Shown piece by piece: positions 21,212 to 31,762 of a DNA stretch of 64,000 nt. Where the stretch lies: NCBI GenBank assembly GCA_963818475.1, contig CAWFSF010000002.1, forward strand, positions 448,001 to 512,000, written 5' to 3'. Position 1 is the stretch's first letter. Every line of letters starts with the position of its first letter. The notes below the pieces were generated by a model. It did not search any database, had not been told where the DNA came from, and was given only the letters and a program-made list of their open reading frames with translations. The position numbers and the translations under genes were made by a program. The DNA comes from Nitrospirota bacterium. GTDB lineage: Bacteria; Nitrospirota; UBA9217.

Positions 21212-22950
21212 CGGTTCACCAGGAGCATGCTGCCTCCCACATCATCGGGCGCAACCTGCAGATAGGCCAGACTCTGCTCCGCCACTGCCCGGAACACCGG
21301 CGCTGCCACGGTGCCGCCATAGATGTCGCCTTCAGGACTGTCGACCATCACGAGGATCACCAGCTTCGGCGATGCTGCGGGTACGAAGCCGACAAAGGAA
21401 CTGACATATTCTTTTTTTGAATACAGGCCGGTCCGCTCGTCGATCTTCTGGGCCGTACCGGTCTTGCCTGCCGCGCTGTAGCCCGTGGGTTTCGCCTCCT
21501 TGCCCGTACCGGACGCGATGACCCGCTGCAGCATCCGGCTGACCTTGGCGCAGGTTTCTACCGTGATCACCCGGACGACGGGCTGCGGTGGGAATTTCTT
21601 TCCAGCCCCGCCGCCCTGGTCCACGATCTGGGAAACGATATAAGGCTTCATGAGCATACCGCCGTTGGCCAGCACGCCGTAGGCTGCGGCCATCTGGATC
21701 GGCGTTACCCCGATCTCCTGGCCGATGGCGATGGAGCCGATCGAGACGCCGGACCACAGCCTGCGGTCCTTGAGCAGCCCCGGGATCTCGCCCGGAATGT
21801 CCACGCCGGTCTTCCGCCCGAATCCAAAGGCAGAGATGTATCTGGCGAACCGCTCCTTGCCGAGCCGCAGGGCGACCTTGATCGTCCCCACGTTGCTCGA
21901 ATCGGCGATCACGTCCGTGAACGTCAGTACGCCGTTCCGGTGGGCATCACTGATCACCCGGTCAGCGACCTTGATGCTCCCGGCGCTGCAGTCGAATTTC
22001 TCAAAAGGGTGCACGACCTTTTCTTCCAGCGCTGCCGCTGCAAGCACCGGTTTGAAAATCGAGCCGGGCTCGAACATGTCGGTCACGCCGCGGTTCCGCC
22101 ACTCGCCCGATTGGTACCGCCGCGGCTCGTTCGGATTGAAGGACGGACGGCCATGGGCCGTGGCCACCGACAAAGCCAGCAGTTCGCCGGTTGCGGGGTC
22201 CATGACGATACAGACTCCGCCCTTCGCCCGGGCCGCCGCGACAGCGCGTTCGAGTTCCCGGTCGGCAATATGCTGGATCACCTCATCGAGGGTGAGGATG
22301 ACGTCGTTTCCCGCCTTCGGCAGCCGGTACTGGAAGCCGGGGCCGCCGGGAAAGACCGTCCTGCCCACCGCGTCCTTTTCCGCCAGCACCCAGCCGTTCA
22401 CGCCGCGGAGCTCCTTGTCGTAGGAGCGCTCCAGGCCTTCAAGCCCTTCGTTGTCCACGCCCGTAAAACCGAGCACCGGACCGGCAAGCGTCTTCTTGGG
22501 ATAGAACCGGCGGCTTTCGAATTTGAACCCGACGTCCCGGGACCCCAGGTCCTTCACTTTCGCGGCGCGGCCCGGCTCCACCTTGCGGCTGATCCAGACG
22601 AAATGCTTATCGCTCATGAGCCGGCGCTCCAGCGTTTTCCGATCTTCACGCAGGATCCGGGAGAGCTGTTGCGCCATCTGCCGGGGGTTCTCGATATCGG
22701 ACGGTACCCCGTAGACGGACTCCACATCGAGGCTCACGGCAAGTTCGCGCTTCTGTCGGTCGAAGATCGTGCCGCGTTTTGGTTCCAGCATGACCACGCG
22801 CTGCTGCTGCCGCTCGGCGCGGGCAGCCAGGTCCGCCCGGGCAATGACCTGCAAATACACGAGCCGCCCCGCGACCAGCGCGAAGCCCAGCCCCATCAAT
22901 GCAACTATGAGGAGTATCCTCCCCCGCCTGTCCATCCGCACCTGCTCCAT
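21208..22950 (-). CDS. ftsI: Class B PBP FtsI (PBP3)
   Basis: EPGSIFK (SxxK), SSN, KTGT; N-terminal TM. Confidence 0.95.
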   Translation of the reverse strand: MEQVRMDRRGRILLIVALMGLGFALVAGRLVYLQVIARADLAARAERQQQRVVMLEPKRGTIFDRQKRELAVSLDVESVYGVPSDIENPRQMAQQLSRILREDRKTLERRLMSDKHFVWISRKVEPGRAAKVKDLGSRDVGFKFESRRFYPKKTLAGPVLGFTGVDNEGLEGLERSYDKELRGVNGWVLAEKDAVGRTVFPGGPGFQYRLPKAGNDVILTLDEVIQHIADRELERAVAAARAKGGVCIVMDPATGELLALSVATAHGRPSFNPNEPRRYQSGEWRNRGVTDMFEPGSIFKPVLAAAALEEKVVHPFEKFDCSAGSIKVADRVISDAHRNGVLTFTDVIADSSNVGTIKVALRLGKERFARYISAFGFGRKTGVDIPGEIPGLLKDRRLWSGVSIGSIAIGQEIGVTPIQMAAAYGVLANGGMLMKPYIVSQIVDQGGGAGKKFPPQPVVRVITVETCAKVSRMLQRVIASGTGKEAKPTGYSAAGKTGTAQKIDERTGLYSKKEYVSSFVGFVPAASPKLVILVMVDSPEGDIYGGTVAAPVFRAVAEQSLAYLQVAPDDVGGSMLLVNR

Positions 22951-22989
22951 GACGCACCCTGCCTGGTCTCGGCCGCGGGCCCGAACCGG

Positions 22990-23349
22990 TTATTCCGCGC
23001 GCTGCGCCTTCGACCGGGGCTTCGCAGCCTGCGGCTGACGCTTCGCGACGATCAGATTTTCCTTGGCGATCCGCACCATACCGAGACGCTTGAGCGCGAT
23101 CTCTTCGATCCGTGCCGGCGACGACAGGCTGGCGGCCTCGATGCGGAGGGCACGGTTCTCCCGTTCGAGGTCGCGCTTCTCCTGCTCAAGCGCCTCGATC
23201 TGATATCCCAGCTGGACGATCTTGACCTTGCCGCCCACATAGAGCAGCAGGGCCGCGACGATCATGAGGACAACCATGGCCCGGCGCAGACTACCCCGCC
23301 TGCCCCGTTCGAATACAAAAGACCCTATGTCACCTGCACGTGTCTGCAT
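22990..23349 (-). CDS. ftsL: Cell division protein FtsL
   Basis: TM + leucine zipper + SPARIEEIALKRLGM; upstream of ftsI. Confidence 0.88.
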   Translation of the reverse strand: MQTRAGDIGSFVFERGRRGSLRRAMVVLMIVAALLLYVGGKVKIVQLGYQIEALEQEKRDLERENRALRIEAASLSSPARIEEIALKRLGMVRIAKENLIVAKRQPQAAKPRSKAQRAE

Positions 23350-23612
23350 TTTTTCACCGCACCGGCCTTTTCCGTGCCGGACTGCCGAGAAGTCAGTTAC
23401 GATTCAAACCTTCTCAAACTGGCAGGATAAATCTTGAAAACTTTGACACTGATCAAAGCTGAGAACGGCTATGAAGGAGAATTGTTCTTATCTTTGTTTT
23501 ATCATAGTCGTCATCATGTCTTTTATCTGTGTCAAAGAAGTTGCTTCCTGCTTGTCCGGGTCAGGTTCTCTAAGACATGCTACTTATCCGTCCGCAGCCG
23601 GACTCACTGCTC

Positions 23613-24578
23613 TTACAGCTTCTCCGCACCCCTGAGCTTTGCGCTCCGCGAAGCCGGGTTGCGATCGATCTCCTCAGGTCCAGCGATGACCGGCCTTTTG
23701 GTCAACACCTTGAGCTCCGGAATTTTTCCGCAGGCGCATCGCGGCAGTTTCGGCGGACAGACACAGGCAGTAGCGGCCGCCACAAAGGCCTGTTTGATGA
23801 TCCGGTCCTCAAGAGAATGAAAGGAGATGACGGCGATCCTGCCGCCGGGCCTGAGAGCGCGGATCATGTGCTGCAACCCCTCGCGGAGCGCGCCGATCTC
23901 GTCGTTCACCGCGATCCGGAGGGCCTGGAACGTCTTGGTGGCAGGGTGAATGCGCCGCGGGGGGTAGGTCGGGAACACACTCGCGACGATGCCGGCGAAC
24001 TGGACCGTGCCCGTGATCGGCCCCCGGGTCCGCGCCCGCTCGATGGCCCTGGCGACGGCGCCCGCCCTGTCTTCTTCCCCGTATTCGCGGAAGATCCGGA
24101 CGAGCTCCGCAACGGGAAGCGTATTCACGAGGTCCGCTGCGGTCTGCGGCATTGATTGGTCCATCCGCATATCGAGCGGTCCGTCGAGCATGAAACTGAA
24201 ACCCCGCTCCGGGGTGCGCAGATGGAACCACGATACCCCCAGATCGAGCATGATACCGTCGACAGCGTCGTAGCCGAGCTCGGCCAGCACCGCAGGCAGG
24301 TCCCGGAAGTTCCTCTGGCGCAGCACCGCGCGGCTGCCGTACGGTGCAAGGATCTCGCGGGCCCGCGTCAGCGCCTGAACGTCCTGGTCCAGCCCGATAA
24401 CTACGCCGTCGGGCGCCGATCGCTTCAGGATCTCCGCTGCATGTCCGCCGCCGCCGAGCGTCCCGTCCACATAGATGCCGCCCGAACGGGGCGCAAGCAG
24501 GTCAACCGCTTCGTGGAGCAGAACGGTAATGTGTTCCGATTGCGGATTTCGGATTTCGGATTTCGGATTGGACTTCAT
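23613..24578 (-). CDS. rsmH: 16S rRNA m4C1402 methyltransferase
   Basis: HITVLL, DGTLGGGGH, DLGVS, GPLDMRMD, HPATKTFQALRI, SRSAKLR. Confidence 0.97.
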   Translation of the reverse strand: MKSNPKSEIRNPQSEHITVLLHEAVDLLAPRSGGIYVDGTLGGGGHAAEILKRSAPDGVVIGLDQDVQALTRAREILAPYGSRAVLRQRNFRDLPAVLAELGYDAVDGIMLDLGVSWFHLRTPERGFSFMLDGPLDMRMDQSMPQTAADLVNTLPVAELVRIFREYGEEDRAGAVARAIERARTRGPITGTVQFAGIVASVFPTYPPRRIHPATKTFQALRIAVNDEIGALREGLQHMIRALRPGGRIAVISFHSLEDRIIKQAFVAAATACVCPPKLPRCACGKIPELKVLTKRPVIAGPEEIDRNPASRSAKLRGAEKL

Positions 24579-24643
24579 TCTTCAATCCTCCACCGGCGAA
24601 CTCGCGCCTCACATTCCGCAATCCGCATTCCGCAATCCGCAAT
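24539..24643. repeat. Heptamer ATCCGMA inverted-repeat element straddling the rsmH start
   Basis: attgcggatttcggatttcggatttcggatt (24539-24569) and cattccgcaatccgcattccgcaatccgcaat (24612-24643). Confidence 0.8.
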
Positions 24644-24648
24644 GCCAT

Positions 24649-25008
24649 TCACAGTCCCAGCGGAAGGTTCGTTGCCGGCTTGGTCACCCCGAAGCTCCTG
24701 GCGGCCTGGAGCGGTGTATCGAACACCTGGAACTCCTCGAGCATGCCGGTGGTGCGGAATATGTTCTTGATATAATCCGACAACCCGGCGAGCCTGAGAT
24801 CCCCGCCAAAGGACTGGAGCCGTTTTTTTTCATCCACCAGCACTGAAAGGATCGTAAAGTGCACGTGCTCGACAGACTCGAAGTTCAGGATAAGGCCGTA
24901 CATTTCGCCCTTGACGAGCTGGCCGATGACGCGGTCGACCTCTGCCATCTTTGCAGCGTCGATCTCGCCGTCGAGATTCATCTGATATACTTTGAGTTTG
25001 GTCTCCAT
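24649..25008 (-). CDS. STAS domain protein (anti-sigma antagonist-like)
   Basis: LDGEIDAA, LILNFESVEHV, GGDLRLAGLSDYIKNIFRTTGM. Confidence 0.85.
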   Translation of the reverse strand: METKLKVYQMNLDGEIDAAKMAEVDRVIGQLVKGEMYGLILNFESVEHVHFTILSVLVDEKKRLQSFGGDLRLAGLSDYIKNIFRTTGMLEEFQVFDTPLQAARSFGVTKPATNLPLGL

Positions 25009-25009
25009 G

Positions 25010-25444
25010 CTATAGGCCCAGTGCTGCAAGCGTCTCGTTGATCTTGTCGCCGTTTTGAGAATGTCTCGCCTCCCACGCCCCGCTGTCCCAAATCTCTATT
25101 TTGTCGATGATGCCGATAAGCACCACATTCTTTGCGATCGTCGCATGTTCGCGGTGGGACGGCGGAATGAGAATGCGGCCTTGCTTGTCCAATTCGCACT
25201 CCGTTGCGGACGAGAAGAAGAAGCGCATGAAGTCCTTCACTTCCTGCTTCATCATCGGCAGCGCCTTGATCTTTCCCTCAAGTTTCTCCCACTCCTCGAG
25301 CGGATAGACCGTCAGACACTTGTCGTAGTCCATGGCCAGCACGAGCCTGCCGTCATAGCGGTCGGAAATGATGTCCCGGAACTTCGAAGGAACACTCACC
25401 CTGCCCTTGGTGTCAACAGTATGTTCAAAACTGCCTCTGAACAC
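25010..25444 (-). CDS. mraZ: Transcriptional repressor MraZ
   Basis: FRGSFEHTVDTKGRVSVP, ELDKQGRILIP, IEIWD. Confidence 0.97.
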   Translation of the reverse strand: MFRGSFEHTVDTKGRVSVPSKFRDIISDRYDGRLVLAMDYDKCLTVYPLEEWEKLEGKIKALPMMKQEVKDFMRFFFSSATECELDKQGRILIPPSHREHATIAKNVVLIGIIDKIEIWDSGAWEARHSQNGDKINETLAALGL

Positions 25445-25460
25445 CGACCCCTCCAGCGCT

Positions 25461-25526
25461 GCCCACTTTTCCCCACCTTATACCACTTGCCAGGCAAAGT
25501 ATATCTTTCACGCATGGCGATGTCAA
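25461..25526 (-). promoter_or_regulatory. dcw sigma70 promoter with three MraZ boxes
   Basis: Minus strand TTGACA (25526-25521)-17 nt-TATACT (25503-25498); GTGG repeats starting at 25486, 25476, 25466 (10-bp period). Confidence 0.85.
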
Positions 25527-25708
25527 GAAAATTATTAATTTTATAGCAGGTTACAGGGTGGGTAGCCGATTGCTAAAAAAACTGTTTTTGGACGTGACAA
25601 GGGCTGGTGAAAAAGGTAGTATGGTTTGCTGGAAAGTGGACAATAGAAGTCAGATCCCGGAAGCCGGGCTCAAATAAGGGCCTGCACCCAGCTGTTTTTT
25701 ATTTTACT

Positions 25709-26020
25709 ATGACCGACTCTTTTTTCTTTACAGCCGACGAACAGCATATCAAGCGCGAGAAAGGCAAGGCGCGCGAGCTCCGGGCCTCGCAATGGTGGAA
25801 ACGGAAACGGTCGAGCGGGGTATGCTACTACTGCGGCAAGACGTTCAAGCCTGCAGACCTGACCATGGACCATCTCGTGCCGGTCGTGCGCGGCGGCAAG
25901 TCCGTACAGGGAAACCTTGTCCCGGCATGCAAAGACTGCAACAGCAAAAAAAAATATCTTCTCCCGGCGGAGTGGGAGGAGTATATAGCGTCGCTCAAAA
26001 AAGAACCTGCGCGCGGATAG
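25709..26020 (+). CDS. Small HNH endonuclease
   Basis: CYYCG, TMDHLVPVVRGGKS, NLVPACKDCNSKK. Confidence 0.9.
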   Translation: MTDSFFFTADEQHIKREKGKARELRASQWWKRKRSSGVCYYCGKTFKPADLTMDHLVPVVRGGKSVQGNLVPACKDCNSKKKYLLPAEWEEYIASLKKEPARG

Positions 26021-26060
26021 GCAGGACGAGGCAAGATCAGTGAGCTCTGCGACATTCTCT

Positions 26061-26839
26061 ATGAAAACATTCACGCTGCAGCTATTCCTCTCCCTCTTTT
26101 TTTCATGGCCGCAGTTCCGTCTTTCGCAGCGGCAAAGCTGGTGCAGATCGAGACGCGGCCCGGCGTTTCTGTTTCGATCTATTATATAAAACGCGCCGAT
26201 GCCAGGGCGACGGTGGTCCTGCTGCCGGGCGGGAACGGGAGCATCCAGCTCACCCATGGCTACCCTGCCTCCAACGGCTTTCTCGTCAGCAACCACTACT
26301 ATTTTGTCGACAGCGGCTTCAATGTCGCCATCGTCGACAAACCGAGCGATACCGAAGATCTCGACTTCTATGTCCGTTCGCGTCCCGAGCATGTGAAGGA
26401 CCTTCGCCAGGTTGTGGCATATCTGAAAGCTGACGAAAACCTTCCGATCTGGCTCGTCGGAAACAGCAGAGGGACCATCTCCGCAACTGCCGCGGCAATT
26501 GCCTTTGGGAATGACGAATTGGCGGGTATCGTGCTCACCTCGAGCATAACGTCCTGGTGGAAGAAAGGTGCGGTCCCGTCACAGAACCTGGAGGCCATTC
26601 GCATCCCGGTGCTGGTCGTGCATAACGAACTGGATGCATGCCGGCTCTGCAAACCCAGCAACGCTTCCCGGATTTTGGAAGGCCTGACGAATGCGCCGAT
26701 CAAAAAACTGGTCCTGGTAAAAGGCGGGGGCCCGCCCTCAGGAAAAGAATGCACATCGACGCATTGGCATGGGTTCGTGGGGATGCAAAAAGAGGTCGTG
26801 AGCCTCATTACGGACTGGATCAAGAAGCCGGTGAACTGA
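26061..26839 (+). CDS. Secreted alpha/beta hydrolase (signal peptide frameshifted in a T run)
   Basis: WLVGNSRG nucleophile elbow, IPVLVVHNELD, WHGF; ATG 26061 signal-like MKTFTLQLFLSLF is off-frame by one base. Confidence 0.75.
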
Positions 26840-26962
26840 GGGGAGGCGGGAATTTTTTGCTAAGTAGTTTCGCCCAATAAGTAAAGGTCGTTGGCTGCAT
26901 TTAATCTGCTTTTATCCGTTGTTAATCCGCTCCTTCCGTGTCCAAATGCTTTTGGCCCTGCG

Positions 26963-27811
26963 TCATTTCTCAGGACCCGGCTTCATGTCCGTAAGGCTGA
27001 ACACGAAGGAACCGATCGTGATCGTGCTCTTCATAAGAACCGGGACCTTCCGACCGTCATCCGTAAGCCAGATAAAAACCTCCCCCTTGTTCAGGAAGAC
27101 CCCTTCGTATAACGGATGGGTCTTGACCTTGATCGTGGCAAACTCACCGGCAGGCGTCTTCACCTTCTCCCTGCCCAGCGTGAGGACCTCGATAGACCAG
27201 TTCTTGTCGCTGTCAAAAACGTTTACCGTGATCACCTTGCCGATGGTGAATTCATTGATCGTCCGGAGATAGTAGAGCGACGACAGTGCATCCTGCACCT
27301 GCTCCGGGATGTCCATGGTCTTCGGGACATCGTCGTTTTTCGTGCTGATGACTTTCTTCCGCTGATGGTCGAAGACCACATCGCGGCGCATCTTTTTCTT
27401 TCCGTGGCTCAGCCTGAGGCGGTAGGAGAGGCTTTCCATGATCTGCGGGTCAAAGGTGCTCTGGACAGTGTCACTCACCGGGAAGAACCTGTCCACGGCT
27501 CTTAGGGAGCGTCCCGTGATGACGAACAAGAGAACAGGCCTTCCGTCCCGCAGCGTTTCACTTTTGATCTCCATGACCGCGGTCCCTGCGGAGAGAAGCC
27601 TCGACCAGCTGATATCGTAGGTCAGTGTTTCGCCGGGCTGCAGCGCCCGAATGCCCGGTAGGGCAGAAACGAGCTGCCGCTCCTCCGCGACAACAACGCC
27701 GGGAACAAATAACCGTCCGAGAACGAGAAAATACAGGACAACCATTTTCAACAATATATGACGGGATTCGCCGCGTGAGAAGATTTCCATGCGCTGAATG
27801 TAGCAAAACAT
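26963..27811 (-). CDS. DUF3108-like exported protein
   Basis: GETLTYDISW, QDALSSLYYLR, EKVKTPAGEF, IWLTDDGRKVPV. Confidence 0.75.
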   Translation of the reverse strand: MFCYIQRMEIFSRGESRHILLKMVVLYFLVLGRLFVPGVVVAEERQLVSALPGIRALQPGETLTYDISWSRLLSAGTAVMEIKSETLRDGRPVLLFVITGRSLRAVDRFFPVSDTVQSTFDPQIMESLSYRLRLSHGKKKMRRDVVFDHQRKKVISTKNDDVPKTMDIPEQVQDALSSLYYLRTINEFTIGKVITVNVFDSDKNWSIEVLTLGREKVKTPAGEFATIKVKTHPLYEGVFLNKGEVFIWLTDDGRKVPVLMKSTITIGSFVFSLTDMKPGPEK

Positions 27812-28036
27812 CGGGCGATAGTCAAACAGGGGGACGTGAACCTAAACCCGACAGGTGACACGGATCAGATCGGACAAGAGCTATGCAGCGGTTTTAACTG
27901 TTGATGGTCGAGGAAGGTGAATGCGGTGATCGTACAATGGCAGGCGAATTATGCGTGCCGGGGAAAGGAGCCTGACCGTGAACGGGTTCGAAGGTCCGTC
28001 CGGCGATCCTGCTCGCCATGCCGGGACAGTGGCAGC

Positions 28037-28993
28037 CTAAATCTTTTTCATTCTCCGGGTCCGGTGCCGGTATTTTCTGACCGGTGGCTCCTGGAAGGAG
28101 ATCTCGAGGTCCGGATTCATTCCAAGCTCGGCCAGCGTCTGGGTGCTCTCCCAGAGCCGGAACCGTGATGCTGCCCCGAGAACCACGGTATAGATGAGGC
28201 CCTTCTCCGTATCCATGGCGCCTACAAAGCAATGCCGTGCGCTGCTCGTGAATCCCGTCTTGCCGCCGACCATATTGCTCCGGTACCACAGCATATCGTC
28301 CGAATTTTCCAGATAGAGCTCCCTGCCCGCTGTTGTCGTGATCTGCCACTCTTTTTTTCCAAGGATCTCTTTGATCAGCGGATAGGTGAGGGCCTGTTTC
28401 AGGATAACGACCAGATCGCGGGCGGTCGTATATTGATTGCCTTTGGGCAGCCCCGAGGCGGTAACGAAATGCGTATCGCAGGCCCCTATCTCCTCAGCCT
28501 TCTGGTTCATCAACGCCACAAAGGCATCCTCCGAACCGGCAGCCTCTTCGGCCAGCGCCACGGCCGCGCCGTTGATCGATTTCATGAGCGCGAGGTGGAG
28601 AAGATCGGACACCATCAGTTCATCGTCCGCTTTCAGCCTGGGTTTGATGGAGCGCGTTGCAGCCGCCGTACGGCTCACCCTCACCGGCGCTTCCGGCGCA
28701 AGGCGGTCCAGGGCCACCATGGCGGTCACCAGCTTTACCGTGCTGGCAGGCGGCAGTTTGGCTGAAGGGTTCTGGGCGTACAGGACGGATTCCTTATCAT
28801 CCATCACAAAGCACGCCCTGGCGGAAACGACCTGCGAAGAAGATGAAAAGGAAACGGCCGGCTGGGCGACTGCCAGCAGAAGAGCCACGCCCAACAGATA
28901 ACGGATGAATCGTTTCAATAGAGCTCCTGACGTGAATATTGGTGCGATATCGTGATATGTCCGCGTAATAGATAGGGTCCGCGCGGAAAGCAC
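28037..28993 (-). CDS. D-Ala-D-Ala carboxypeptidase/endopeptidase (peptidase S11); true start probably downstream
   Basis: PPASTVK (SxxK), SIN (SxN), KTGFT. Confidence 0.9.
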   Translation of the reverse strand: MLSARTLSITRTYHDIAPIFTSGALLKRFIRYLLGVALLLAVAQPAVSFSSSSQVVSARACFVMDDKESVLYAQNPSAKLPPASTVKLVTAMVALDRLAPEAPVRVSRTAAATRSIKPRLKADDELMVSDLLHLALMKSINGAAVALAEEAAGSEDAFVALMNQKAEEIGACDTHFVTASGLPKGNQYTTARDLVVILKQALTYPLIKEILGKKEWQITTTAGRELYLENSDDMLWYRSNMVGGKTGFTSSARHCFVGAMDTEKGLIYTVVLGAASRFRLWESTQTLAELGMNPDLEISFQEPPVRKYRHRTRRMKKI

Positions 28994-29053
28994 GCAGCGA
29001 CCACATTATCAGGACTGGCCCGAAAAGTCAAACAGATAGACCAATAGATCCGC

Positions 29054-29081
29054 TTGACACCGGTTCCGGCAGCGCTACACT
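29054..29081 (+). promoter_or_regulatory. Putative sigma70 promoter of the Lon-like gene
   Basis: TTGACA-16 nt-TACACT, then GGAGG before GTG 29112. Confidence 0.55.
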
Positions 29082-29111
29082 TGAAGCAGAACAACGAGGG
29101 AGGATACCACC

Positions 29112-31567
29112 GTGGACCTGCATAACCGTGAAGTGCCCTCCGCCGAACTCCGGCATGTCTGCGATCCCGCCGAATTCCCTTTTCAAACTACGGCAGAACT
29201 TGCTCCTTCCGATGAGGTCATCGGCCAGGAGCGCGCAGTGAAGGCCATCGAGTTCGGCCTCTCCATCACGAACCATGGCTACAACATCTTTGTGTCCGGC
29301 ATCCCGGGGACCGGCAAAAACTCCATTGTCAAGTCCATCGTACAGCGGATCTCCCGGGAGCTGCCCGTGCCGGACGACTGGTGCTACCTCAACAATTTCA
29401 AGGACCCCGATCGCCCGCGTGCCATCAAGCTCCCGCCGGGAAAAGGCGACGAGTTCCGGCGCGATACTGGAGAAGTTCATCGAGTTCATGCAGAGCGAGA
29501 TCCCCAAGGTCTTCGAATCCAAGGAATATGAGGAACAGAAGACCGGCATCACCGACGAGGCTGAGAAGGCAAAGGAAGTCCTGTTCAGCGATGCCGCCCG
29601 GCTCTCCCTCGAACTCGGATTTCAACTTACGATCACGCGCACCGGCATCGTCAAGGTCCCGATGTGGAAGGGCAAGCCGCTCACGCCCCAGGAGCTGGAG
29701 ACCCTTTCGCCGGAGCAGCGGCACGAGCTGGAGGAACACGAGAAAAAGGTGGACGCCGGGATCCGCGACTTTCTTTCCAAGGCGCGGCTGCTCGACAAGC
29801 AGGCGCACGAAAAGATCCATGAGCTGAACCGCCGGGTGGCGCACTTTTCCATGGGACACCAGCTCGACGACCTGAAGGAAAAGTACAGCGTCAACCCGCG
29901 CATTCCCGAATACCTCGCCGAAGTGGAAGAAGACATCCTGGGCAACCTGCGGGAGTTCCTGGGCCAGACGCAGGAGCTGCCGTTCCAGATCGAGGGCATG
30001 GACAAAGGGAGCTTTCTCGAGCGCTACAAGGTGAATCTCATCGTGGACAATGCCAGGACCAAAGGCGGGCCGCTCGTCGAGGAGGTCAATCCCACCTACA
30101 ACAACCTGGTCGGCCGCATCGAACGCAAGGCGCGGTTCGGCGCTTTCTTCACCAACTTCACCATGATCCGGTCCGGCTCGGTGCTCCAGGCCAACGGAGG
30201 CTACCTGCTCTTGAACGCCATTGACGTGCTCCGGAGCCCCTTTTCCTGGGACGCGCTTAAGCGGATCATCAAGCGGCAGGAAGTAAAGGTCGAGGACGTC
30301 ACCGAACTCTACGGTTTTGCCACCGGAGGCATCAAGCCCGAACCCATCCCGGTGTCGCTCAAGATCATCATGCTCGGCAGCCCCTGGCTCTATTACCTGC
30401 TCTACAATTACGACGAGGACTTCAGGGAGATCTTCAAGGTCAAGTCAGATTTCGACACCCAGACCCCGGGTTCAAAGGACGAAACCATGCGGTATGCGAA
30501 TTTCGTCGGCAGGATCGCAAAGAGCGACGGACTGCTCCCCTTTGACCGGAGCGCTGTTGCCGGCATCGTTGACCACGCCAAGCGCCTTGCCGAAAAAAAG
30601 AACAAGCTGTCGCTCCGCTTCAGCGAACTGTCGGACCTGGTGCGCGAGGCCTCGTACTGGGCAGGGAAAGCGGGGAGTTCCGTGGTGACCGATGGCCATG
30701 TGGATAAAGCGCTGGACCAGAAGATCTACCGGTCCGAATCTGCTCGATGAACGCATCCAGGAGCTGTTCACCGAGGGCACCCTGATGGTCGATGTCTCCG
30801 GCACAGCGATCGCGCAGGTGAACGGGTTGTCCATCTACGACATCGGCGATTTTTCCTTTGGAAAACCATCGCGCATCACCAGCCGCGTGTACCTCGGTAA
30901 AGCAGGCGTCGTCAACATCGAGCGCGAAGCCAAGCTCTCGGGCCGCATCTACAACAAAGGCGTGCTGATCCTGTCGGGCTATCTCGGCGGCGCCTTTGCC
31001 CGGGACAAAACGCTTTCGGTCTCGGCGACCCTTGCCTTTGAGCAAAGCTACGGCGAGATCGAGGGCGACAGCGCGTCAGCTGCCGAGCTGATCGCGCTGC
31101 TGTCGGGCATCGCCGAAGTGCCGGTCAGGCAGGACCTCGCCATCACCGGCTCGATCAACCAGAAGGGCGAGGTCCAGCCCATCGGCGGTGTGAACGAAAA
31201 GATCGAGGGATTTTTCAGTATTTGCAGGAACCGGGGATTGACCGGCGATCAGGGCGTGATCATTCCACAGCTTAATGTAAAGAACCTCATGCTGAAAAAG
31301 GACGTTGTCGAAGCGGTCAAGGAGGGTACGTTCCGGATCTATGCCGTCAGTACCGTGAATGAAGCGCTGGAGATCCTGACGGGCATGCCCGCAGGCGAGC
31401 GAAAGGAAGACGGCGCCTATCCCGAAGGTACAGTCAACTTTATGGTGGACAAGCGGCTTCGCGAGATGTCGAAGAAACTGAAGGCTGAAGACAAGGGAGA
31501 GGAGCAGAAAAAGAAGGAAGAAAATAATGATGCTGCTCCGAAGAAGGACCCGAGGCCGATGCCGTAG
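29112..31567 (+). CDS. Lon-like protease (LonB/LonC type, peptidase S16), split into 3 ORFs
   Basis: IGQERA, GIPGTGK, ANGGYLLL, EGDSAS, QPIGGVNEKIEGF. Confidence 0.88.
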
Positions 31568-31762
31568 GACGGCACGGCAAAGGATCAGGGCAGCGTCCCC
31601 CTTTGTTACGCGGATTTATCCTCTACATTCTTCTCCATGACGATCAGTATGCAATTATCGGTTAAGGGCTCCCGCCTAATTTCTGTGTATCCCAGCTTTG
31701 TAACTATTCAGGTTGGCCGCGAAAGAACGCAAAGATCTCAAAAAATACAAACCGCTTCCCTT

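Noticed and set aside
25709-26020. HNH gene as a homing or mobile element
   Set aside because: No intron, repeats or compositional anomaly; looks like a stand-alone chromosomal HNH protein.
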